From an uncultured delta proteobacterium (GTDB lineage: Bacteria; Myxococcota; UBA727; VGSZ01): DNA of 64,000 bases. The stretch covers positions 128,001-192,000 of the forward strand of contig CAVZJB010000014.1 of assembly GCA_963775425.1 (NCBI GenBank), read 5' to 3'. Positions 38,720-47,400 of the stretch are shown here, piece after piece. The notes under the pieces are model-generated. The model saw only the letters and a program-made list of their open reading frames with translations, was not told the origin of the DNA and made no database searches. How positions within the stretch are numbered: the stretch's first letter is position 1; each line of letters begins with the position of its first letter. The translations under genes and the position numbers were made by a program.

Positions 38720-40042
38720 ATGACCGACGTCCTGATGGTGCTTGTCCTCGTCGTCTTCCACGGCTGCTTCGCGGGCGCCGAAATCGCAGTGGTGTCCTTG
38801 CGAAAGACCCGCCTGCGGCAGCTCGTCGAGGCCGGTAGCGGCCTGGCGCGTTCGTTGGAGAAGCTGCGCGAGCGGCCGGAGCGCTTCCTCGCCACGGTGC
38901 AGATCGGCATCACGGTCATCGGCACCATGTTGGCGTCGCGCGGCGTGCCCACGTTCGAGCGCCTCATCCTGCCGCACCTCGAGCACGTGTCTTTCCTCGA
39001 GGAGTCGTGGGCCCTCGTCCTCGCCAACGCGTTCGGCGTCGTGGTGGTGGCGTACCTCGAGCTCGTGTTCGCCGAGCTGGTGCCCAAGTCGATCGCGCTG
39101 CGCAAGTCCGAGGCGGTGTCGCTCATCGTGAGCCGCCCGCTCTTGTTGTTGTCGTCGGTGGCCAAGCCCGCCATCTGGTTCCTCGAGGGCTCGTCCAACA
39201 TCGTGCTGCGCGCGTTCGGTGACCGCACCACCTTCTCCGAGTCGCGCCTGTCCCCCGAGGAGATCATGCAGGCGCTCGAGGAGTCGGGCCGCGCGGGCGT
39301 GCTCGACCAGAGCGCCTCGGACATCGCCGTGCGCGCCATCGAGCTCGACGGGCTCACGGCCGCCGACGTCATGGTTCCGCGCAACCGCGTCGTCGCGCTC
39401 GAGCGCACGGCGCCCGCCAACGAGGTGCGCAAGGCCTTCCAGGACCGCGCGTACCAGCGGCTGCCGGTGTACGAGGACAACCTCGACAACGTGATCGGTT
39501 ATGTCTCCACCAAGGACGTGCTCGCCGTCTCGCTCGACAAGGGCCCGCTCTCCATCGACGAGCTGCTGCGTCCCCCCACGTTCTATCCGGAGGCCATGCG
39601 CGCGCTCGCCGTGTTGCGCGACATGCAGAAGAACCACGTGAACATGGCCATCGTCGTCGACGAGCGCGGCGGCATGGCGGGCATCCTGACGATGGAGGAC
39701 CTCCTCGAGGAGCTCGTCGGCGACATCTTCTCGGAGGACGACCGCGGCGGGCCCGCCCCCGTGCGCCTGCGCCCCGACGGCAGCGCGTGGGTGCTCGGCA
39801 CCACGCCCATCCGTGAGGTGAACCGCGCCCTCGACATCGACCTGCCCGAGGGCGAGCTGTGGGCCACCATCGCCGGCTACTGCATCGCCCTCGCCGGCCA
39901 CATCCCGGCGCCGGGTGAGCGCGTCGTGACCGAGGACGGCACCATCCTCGAAGTGCTCGAGTCCACCCCGCGGCGCATCCGCACCATCCGCCTGGTGCGC
40001 GCGCCCCGCGAGGACGCGCAGGACTCCGAGGATGAGACGTGA
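38720..40042 (+). CDS. Hemolysin family / CNNM-CBS-CorC protein
   Basis: FLATVQIGIT, ELVPKSIA, VMVPR, VVDERGG..GILTMEDLLEELVGDI. Confidence 0.93.
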   Translation: MTDVLMVLVLVVFHGCFAGAEIAVVSLRKTRLRQLVEAGSGLARSLEKLRERPERFLATVQIGITVIGTMLASRGVPTFERLILPHLEHVSFLEESWALVLANAFGVVVVAYLELVFAELVPKSIALRKSEAVSLIVSRPLLLLSSVAKPAIWFLEGSSNIVLRAFGDRTTFSESRLSPEEIMQALEESGRAGVLDQSASDIAVRAIELDGLTAADVMVPRNRVVALERTAPANEVRKAFQDRAYQRLPVYEDNLDNVIGYVSTKDVLAVSLDKGPLSIDELLRPPTFYPEAMRALAVLRDMQKNHVNMAIVVDERGGMAGILTMEDLLEELVGDIFSEDDRGGPAPVRLRPDGSAWVLGTTPIREVNRALDIDLPEGELWATIAGYCIALAGHIPAPGERVVTEDGTILEVLESTPRRIRTIRLVRAPREDAQDSEDET

Positions 40043-40422
40043 CGGCGCCCGCCACCTTCTACGAGCGCGTGGGCGGCGAAGCCGGGGTGAGGCGGCTCGT
40101 GGATCGCTTCTACGACCTGATGGATTCGCTCGACGAGGCGCGCGCGATCCGCGCGCTGCATCCGGCATCGCTCGCCGGCAGCCGCGACAAGCTCTTCGAG
40201 TTCCTCTCGGGGTGGCTCGGCGGCCCCAACCTCTACATCGAGAAGCGCGGCCACCCGCGGCTGCGTGCGCGCCACCTGCCGTTCGCGGTGGACGACGCCG
40301 GCGTGGACGCGTGGCTCGCGTGCATGTTCCGCGCGCTCGAAGAGACCGTCGACGACAAAGACGCCGTGGAGAAGCTCAAGGGCGGGCTCGCTCCGTTGGC
40401 GCGGCACATGAAGAACCGTTGA
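40039..40422 (+). CDS. Group II truncated hemoglobin
   Basis: YERVGG, LVDRFY, WLGGP, HPRLRARH, AWLACM. Confidence 0.93.
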   Translation: MTAPATFYERVGGEAGVRRLVDRFYDLMDSLDEARAIRALHPASLAGSRDKLFEFLSGWLGGPNLYIEKRGHPRLRARHLPFAVDDAGVDAWLACMFRALEETVDDKDAVEKLKGGLAPLARHMKNR

Positions 40423-40847
40423 GCCTGCTCGCCGTCGACCTCGGGCTCTACGCCGGCCTCGCCTTCTTCGACGCCGAGGGCTCCCTCGCGTGGTTTCGTT
40501 CGCAGAACTTCTCGACGGTGACGCGGCTCAAGCGCGCCATCCCGCGTGTGCTCGACGAGTGCCCCGGACTGCGCTCGGTGGTCGTCGAAGGCGACCGTCG
40601 GCTGGGCGAGCTCTGGCAGAAGGCCGCCGAGAAGCGCGGCGCGTCGGTGATCCGGGTGCGGCCCGAGGTGTGGCGCGCGGCGCTCATGGCGCCGCGCGAG
40701 ATGCGGGACGGCGCCACGGCCAAGGAGAGCGCGCTGCGCATCGCCCGCGAGATCATCGACCGGAGCGGCGCTCGCAAGCCCAGGACGCCGCTGGTCGACG
40801 ACGTGGCCGAGGCCATCTGCATCGGCGCCTGGGCGGTCTCTCTGTAG
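40419..40847 (+). CDS. RNase H/RuvC-fold-like small protein
   Basis: LLAVDLG, VVVEG, PEVWR, DVAEAICIG; TTG start overlaps the globin stop. Confidence 0.65.
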   Translation: MSLLAVDLGLYAGLAFFDAEGSLAWFRSQNFSTVTRLKRAIPRVLDECPGLRSVVVEGDRRLGELWQKAAEKRGASVIRVRPEVWRAALMAPREMRDGATAKESALRIAREIIDRSGARKPRTPLVDDVAEAICIGAWAVSL

Positions 40848-40905
40848 CCACCTGTCCCGATCGGCCGTGGCTCTTGTGGGGCGGGCGAGCGGCGCCATGG
40901 GCGCG

Positions 40906-41493
40906 CTACCTCGACGTCAATCTCTCCACGGCCTCCACAAAGCGGGCCGCAGCCGCTTTGTCTCGTGCTCGAACGCGGAACGTTCGGGATTGGAGGTCGT
41001 TGTTCATCGTCAACGTGATCGACCCACCCCAGGTAGAAGAGCTCGAGCGGATCGAGCCGATGCAGGAGAGTGGCACCTGCAAGTCCGGAATGTTCCAGCG
41101 ACGATCAAAGGTTGCAGAGATGGATCCTTCATCGAGCCGCAGGCAGCCGCTCGCGCTTCGCACCCGCGAACGGGAGGGTATCCACACCGGTGTCGCGATC
41201 GCCCTCGGCGAGAAGCCCGTCCGCCGAACACGCTCAGCGACCTCACCGAAGGTCCAGAACACCACGCTTCGGGGAACGTCGGTTCGACAGTGAACGATCC
41301 TGATGCCACCGAACAGATCGCCGCCGAGGGCACGCAACTCAACCACCTCGTCAGGCAAGAACTTCTCGGACCGGGGGCCCGCCTTCACTTCGATCGCCCT
41401 CTCGCTTGCGTGCAACTTCCCGAACGGAAAGCTCGCCCACGCGTTGCCGATCGAAGCGCTCCCAACGCGACTGTGCATCCTGTCGTCGTGCAT
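40906..41493 (-). CDS. Hypothetical protein with atypical (lower GC3) codon usage
   Basis: Open frame filling the gap; start uncertain (ATG at 41493). Confidence 0.45.
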   Translation of the reverse strand: MHDDRMHSRVGSASIGNAWASFPFGKLHASERAIEVKAGPRSEKFLPDEVVELRALGGDLFGGIRIVHCRTDVPRSVVFWTFGEVAERVRRTGFSPRAIATPVWIPSRSRVRSASGCLRLDEGSISATFDRRWNIPDLQVPLSCIGSIRSSSSTWGGSITLTMNNDLQSRTFRVRARDKAAAARFVEAVERLTSR

Positions 41494-41521
41494 GACTTCG
41501 ACCCGTTCGACAGGGAGCGGG

Positions 41522-42793
41522 TCAGGCCCCCGGGAGGTTCTCCGGAAGGGCGCGCCACCCCCATGCCCACACGAGGCCGCCGAGCACGATGAAGATGGGG
41601 ACGATGACGAGCGCGGTCTCGAGCGAGCCGGTGGCGTCGGAGATCTTGCCGACAATCTTGGGGCTGGCGGCGTCGCCGAGCAGGTGGATGGAGAGGATGG
41701 ACAAGCCGAACGCGCGCGTGCGGAGGCCGACGTCGACGGAGTTCACGATCATCGCGTTGACCGGCGCGTTGTACATCATGAAGAAGATCATCCCGAGCAC
41801 GATGGCCACCGCCACCGCCGCCGGCTGCGCCACGAAGTAGATCGCCGCGGTCACCAACACCGCCGCCGGCACCAACGACAGCGCGCTCACGGCGAGGTAC
41901 GGGTGGCGGGTCTTGCCCTTGAGCTTGTCGCCGACGAGGCCGCCGGCGATGGTGCCGACGAGGCCGCCGATCACCGCGGCCATGCCCACGAGCGAGTCGG
42001 CGTCCGCGAGAGTGAAGCCGCGGTTGCGCAACAGGTGCGTGGCGAACCAGTCGGTGACGGCGCCGGTGGCGAAGGTGACGAGCGTGTAGCCGGCGACGGT
42101 GCACACGTAGAGGCGGTTTCTCAAAAGCTGCTTGAGCGCTTCGCCCCACGGCGGCGCCGGCGGGCTGTCGGCGTCGAATTGGCCGCGCCGCGGCTCGCGG
42201 ATGAAGAGCGCCAGCGCCGCCGCCAACAGGCCCGGCAGGCCGCAGATGAGGAACGCCGCGCGCCAGCCCCACAGCGCGTTGAGCTGCCCGCCGAGGAGGA
42301 AGCCGATGGCGGAGCCGACGGGCGTGGCGATGTAGAAGACGGTGAAGATGCGGTTGCGCCGCTCGGGCGGGAAGTAGTCTGCGAGGAGCGCGGGGCTGAT
42401 GGTGGCGTACGCGGCCTCGCCGATGCCGACGACGCCGCGCGCGACGAGGAGCTGGTCGTAGGTGTGGCAGAAGGCGCCCGCGGCGCTGGCGAGCGACCAC
42501 ACGGCCACGCCGATGGCGATGAGCACCTTGCGGCTCATGCGCTCGGCGAGCGAGCCGAACAGCGGGCTCGCGAACATATAGACCCACACGAACGCGAGCA
42601 GCAGCGTGCCGGTCTGGTCGTCGGTGAGGTGGAGGTCGTCCTTGAGCGGCTGCTTCACCGCGGAGGGGATCCAGCGGTCGATGTAGTTGAGCAGGTTCAT
42701 CGCCGTGAGGACGACGACCGCGAAGGCAGCGCCCGCGACCTGCGGTGTGGGCTTCTGCGACGGTGGCGACGAAGATCCGCCGGTTTCGTTCAC
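41522..42793 (-). CDS. MFS transporter, spinster-like
   Basis: NLLNYIDR, GSLAERMSRK, RGVVGIGEA, LADYFP. Confidence 0.9.
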   Translation of the reverse strand: MNETGGSSSPPSQKPTPQVAGAAFAVVVLTAMNLLNYIDRWIPSAVKQPLKDDLHLTDDQTGTLLLAFVWVYMFASPLFGSLAERMSRKVLIAIGVAVWSLASAAGAFCHTYDQLLVARGVVGIGEAAYATISPALLADYFPPERRNRIFTVFYIATPVGSAIGFLLGGQLNALWGWRAAFLICGLPGLLAAALALFIREPRRGQFDADSPPAPPWGEALKQLLRNRLYVCTVAGYTLVTFATGAVTDWFATHLLRNRGFTLADADSLVGMAAVIGGLVGTIAGGLVGDKLKGKTRHPYLAVSALSLVPAAVLVTAAIYFVAQPAAVAVAIVLGMIFFMMYNAPVNAMIVNSVDVGLRTRAFGLSILSIHLLGDAASPKIVGKISDATGSLETALVIVPIFIVLGGLVWAWGWRALPENLPGA

Positions 42794-43791
42794 GGCCGCG
42801 AGGGTGACACGGCCGACGGTCTGGGCACCAGCGCGAAGGGGGTGTCGCCGTCGGGGAGCCCGTGGAGCGCGCGCCGGAGGCGCGCCTCGACGCACGGCCG
42901 CCGCGGGCTGGTGCGCACCGACACGACGGCGCCGCCGCGGGCGTGCAGCACGCCGGCGATGTCCTCGACGCCGCAGCTCTCGGCCGCGCGCGCGGCCCGC
43001 CGGCGCGCGCCCTCGGGGACGCCGTCGACGGTGAGCGTCCAGCGCGGTCCGCTCACGAGCGTCCCCCCAACGACACCGCCGGCGACACCGCCGACGGCCC
43101 CGCCCTCGACGCCGCCGCCGACGCCGCCCTCGACGCCGCCGACGACGCCGCCCTCGACGCCGTCCCCGCCGCCGCCCTCGACGCCCCGCACGCCGAGCCC
43201 GCCCACGCCGTAGGCGTCGCCGACGCTGTCTCCGACGAGCGCGCCGAGCACGTTGCCGTCGTCGGTGCCGAACAAGCTGGCCATCTGGCCCTGGTCGGCC
43301 GTGAGCAAGGCGAGGACACCCGCTTCGTGGCGCTTGCGCCGCGCGTGGGCCTTCCGCTTCGGCCGCCTGTGGTCGCTCTTCGTGCGGGCGACGCAGACGC
43401 CGTCGACACAGCGCTCGCGGGCGCCGCAGTCGGCGTCGACGGCGCAGACGCGGAGCGCGACGCCGTCGCCCGGGGCGCTCGCGGAGGCCAGCGCGAGCTC
43501 CCGCGGGGCCGGCGGCGGCGGCTTGGGCGCCTCCACCACCGACAGCACCACGCGCTCGGGCGCCTTGTCCACCGGCTTCACCGTGGCGCAGGTGGCGGCG
43601 AGGAACGGGATGGGCAGGAGCGTGAAGAACAGGAAGAGCCCGACGGCGACCGCGTGGGCGAACGCGCTCAAGCCGTGGAAGCTGACCCAGAAGCCCGCGG
43701 CCATGACGCGGTCGCTCGACGTCACCGGCTCCGCCCAGGGGGAGAGCGGGTCGATCACCGAGGAGGGGGCGGCGACGTCGAGGGCGCGCAT
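42790..43791 (-). CDS. TonB/GltG(AgmX/PglI)-like membrane-anchored protein with GGVEGG repeats
   Basis: N-terminal TM with His, Pro-rich segment, LVGDSVGDAYGVGGLG, (GGVxGG)n. Confidence 0.55.
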   Translation of the reverse strand: MRALDVAAPSSVIDPLSPWAEPVTSSDRVMAAGFWVSFHGLSAFAHAVAVGLFLFFTLLPIPFLAATCATVKPVDKAPERVVLSVVEAPKPPPPAPRELALASASAPGDGVALRVCAVDADCGARERCVDGVCVARTKSDHRRPKRKAHARRKRHEAGVLALLTADQGQMASLFGTDDGNVLGALVGDSVGDAYGVGGLGVRGVEGGGGDGVEGGVVGGVEGGVGGGVEGGAVGGVAGGVVGGTLVSGPRWTLTVDGVPEGARRRAARAAESCGVEDIAGVLHARGGAVVSVRTSPRRPCVEARLRRALHGLPDGDTPFALVPRPSAVSPSRP

Positions 43792-43847
43792 CGAGCGGCG
43801 GACCGTAGCGGCGCCGGCGTCGCCTGCCGATGACGACGGTCACGCCG

Positions 43848-44432
43848 CTAGTGCCGCCGGACCCAGGCCGCGACGTCGTCGGCGAGCGAGGCCGCGCACG
43901 CCTCGGACGCGGCGTGGATGTCCTCGGTGGTGCCGCCGCCGACGTCCGCCCGCGAAGACAGCGAGGCCACGAGCTTCTTTTGCGGCAGCTCGGCGACGGC
44001 CGCGCTGCACCGGACGTAGATGCCGCTGCGCGACCTGCCGCTCTGGCTGCGCAGGGACACGGCGTAGCTGTGCCCGCCGGCCTCGACGCCGCGCATCCGC
44101 TTCTGCAGCGCGTGCAGGAGCGCGGGGTCCCCGCTGAGCGCGACGGTGTGCGCCTCGCCCGCCGCGCTCGCGATCTTCTTTTCGGCGGCGGCGCGCTTCT
44201 TCAGCGCGCGCTTCAACAGGCGCCCCTTGCGCGTCCTGGCGGGCTTCTTGTCGATCTTGCTCTCGAGGTCGGGGTCGGGCGGCTTCGGAGCCTCCACCGG
44301 GAGCGACGCCGGCCCCGGCGGTGGCTCCACCACGCCGGGGGAGCGGCCCACCCACACGACGACGACGGCGGCGCACACGAGCAGGAGGAGCGCCACCACC
44401 AGGAGCGGATCCGGCCGCTTCCTCTCTCTCAC
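43848..44432 (-). CDS. Hypothetical membrane-anchored protein
   Basis: GTG start overlaps the ATPase stop; N-terminal TM; Lys-rich segment. Confidence 0.65.
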   Translation of the reverse strand: MRERKRPDPLLVVALLLLVCAAVVVVWVGRSPGVVEPPPGPASLPVEAPKPPDPDLESKIDKKPARTRKGRLLKRALKKRAAAEKKIASAAGEAHTVALSGDPALLHALQKRMRGVEAGGHSYAVSLRSQSGRSRSGIYVRCSAAVAELPQKKLVASLSSRADVGGGTTEDIHAASEACAASLADDVAAWVRRH

Positions 44433-47400
44433 TCTTCCTCGCGTCGAACGCCCGCCGGCCGCGGCTTGAACGGGCGATACACCTCGTTTTGCGCCGGCTG
44501 CGGCGCAGGCAGCCCCTTCTCCTCGAGCGCCTTCAGCTCCTCGAGGACCTCCTCGAGGCGCTTGGCGTTGCCCTTCTCGTGCTCGATGGACGACGACAGC
44601 GCCTTCACGATGGGCAGGAGGCTCGCCTCGATGAGGATGGTCTGCAGCCGCACCAGCTCGGCGATGCCCGCTGGCGCCGGGCTTGTCACCTTGACGTCGA
44701 GGCGCGCGGCCATGAGCGCCTCGATGACCTGATCGAGCCGCGCCACCAGCACCGGATCGAGCGCGGGCGCCACGTGCTGGGGCACCTTCACCTCGACCGT
44801 GGGCGCGCTCTGGGCGGGGACGTTCACGTGCACGGCAGGCGCCTCGAGCACCGGCGCCGGCCGCGCCGACGCGGCGGTGATGGCGCCCGCGATCTGCTCC
44901 ACGCGCTGCGCGAGGCCGGCGAGCGTGTTGGTCACGCGCGTGGCCGGATCGTCGCTGTCGCTGCCCTGCATCTTGGCCCGCGCGTAGCCGTTCTTGATCT
45001 CCGCCCAGCGCGCGCGCTCCTCGGGGGAGAGGCGGTTTCTCAGCTCGGCGAGCTTCAGCAGGTTCACCTCGGCGCCGGTGGTGAGCGTCTGCGCCTCGGA
45101 GCGGTAGTGATCGTCGACCAGCCGCTCGAGCTCGTCGTCGTTCATCACGCTCACCACCTTCTCCGCGAGCTTGTTCATGTTGCGGTAGCTGCCCTGCAGC
45201 TTGAACGGCGGCTCGGTGCGGAAGCGCTCGTCGGTGGCGGCCGACGAGATGTACGTGGCGTTCACCTTGAGGAGCGTCTGCTGGATCTTGATGAGCTTTT
45301 GGAGCACGCGCACGATCTCGTCGATCTCGGCGCCCGAGTACCCGTACTTGAGATCGGTGGACGGCACCTGCTCGCCCTGCGCCATGCGCACCAGGAGCTT
45401 GATGTCGGCAGGGTCCCGCGACGCCAAGGGTTGCAGCACCGGGTTGGAGGTGAGCGCGTTTTCCACGTAGCTGAGGGCGAACTCGCGCTCGCGCCCGCCG
45501 AGGATGTCGCCGAGGTTGTAGGTGTCGGCGCGGTTGGCGAGCATGTCGGGGATCTTGAACTTCTCGCCGGACTCCGTGTACGGGTTGCCCGCCATGCACA
45601 CCACGAGCTTCTTGCCGCGCAGGTCGTAGGTGCGCGTCCTCCCGTGCCAGACGCCCTCGACGCGGCGGGTGCCGTCGCACAGCGAGATGAACTTCTGGAG
45701 GAGCTCTGGGTTCGTGTGCTGGATGTCGTCGAGGAGGAGCAACACGTTGTTGCCCATCTCGAAGGCGAAGTTGATCTTGTCGACCTCCTGCCGCGCGGTG
45801 GCGTTGGGCGCTTCGGCGGGATCGAGCGACGTGGTCTCGTGGCCGAGGGCGGGCCCGTTGGCCTTCACGTAGACGAGGCCGAGGCGCGAGGCCACGTACT
45901 CCATCAGCGTGGTCTTGCCGTACCCGGGCGGCGAGATGAGCAACAGCATGCCCATCAAGTCCGTGCGCTTGCTGGCGCCCGCGGCGCCCATCTGCTTGGC
46001 GAGGTTGTCGCCGATGAGCGGCAGGTACACGTCGTTGACGAGCTGGTTGCGCACGAAGCTCGAGAGCACGCGCGGCTTGAGCTCGTCGATCTTCAGGCGG
46101 CGTCGCGCGGTGTCGACGACGTCGGCGCGGCGCTTCTTGAGCTCGAGGAAGCGCGGCACGCGCACCTCGATGAAGCGCCGCGCGCGGTCGAGGATGTCGT
46201 CGAGCCGCAGCGTGAGCTTGCCCGCGGCGATGCGCGGGTGCCGGCTCAAGAGCCCCTCGACGACGATGGAGCCCGCGGTGTCGGCCGTGACGCGCTCCAC
46301 GCGGCCGCGCGTGACGAGGTGCGCGACGGCCTCGAGCGCCGCGGGCGAGCCCGCGTCGACGACGCTGTCCACCCACGCGAGCGCCAAAGCCACCTGCGCG
46401 CCGATGTGGCCGTCGAGGGAGCCGAGGTCGGCGGTGACGTCGCCGACCCTGTCCACGACGGCCTCGGCCTCGCGCGAAAGGACGAAGCGCACGCCGCCGA
46501 GCCCGCCGTCCCCCGCGGCGGCGGCGGCGCTCCCCGCGGGGACCGCCGGCGCGGCGGTGGCGGTGTCGTTGCCGACCTCGTCGAGGAGGTACGCGGCCGC
46601 GGCGCGCGCGTCGCCGGCGTCGGCCCCCAGGCGCGCACCGACGCCGCTCCTCTCGAGGAACGAGGCGATCTCCCTGCCCACGTCGTCGACCAGCGCGAGC
46701 GCGGCCTTGCTCTGCGGGTGCGCGCGCAACAGCCTCGCGGCGCCGCGCAGGCGCGCCGCGAGGAGGGCGCGGCCCTCCTCCTCCTTGGCCGCCGCCATGA
46801 AGAGCACCGCGAGCGCGCGCGCCTTGGGCGAGTGCCGCAACAGCCCCGCCTGCCGCTGCAGCCCCAGCACGGTGCCGAGGATCCTGGCGGCGTCGGCGTC
46901 GTGGACGCCGCGGTCGTAGCCCTCGTCGTAGCGCGAGCGCGCGATGCCCGACACGAGCGCCTCCAGCGTCCCGTCGCGGGCGGCGTCCTCGAGGGCGCGC
47001 TTGCCCCTCCCGGCGCTCGACGCGGCGCCCGACGCGGCGGCGCCCGAGGTGGCGCCCGCGGGCGTGACGCCTGCGACCGCCGCCGGCACGACGCCCGCGG
47101 TGTCCGCCGCGTCGCCGGGGATGGCGAGGTCGCCGCGCTCGGCGGCGAGCAGGATGGACATCGCGAGGAACTCGGCGCGCGACAGCGCCGCGCCCTCGGA
47201 GACCAGCGGCTCGTCGAAGAGGTCGGCGAAGGACAACAGCGCTGCGCCCTCGGGCGCCTTCGGGTCAATGTCCTCGAAGTAGTCGGTGCCGGTGAGGTGG
47301 ATGGCCAGGCCCGGGGAGCCGTCGTCGCGCTTGCGCGGCAGCAGCGTGACGTCGAAGGCCTGGGTGTTCACCGTGAAGCGGTGCTTGCCGAGCTGCACGA

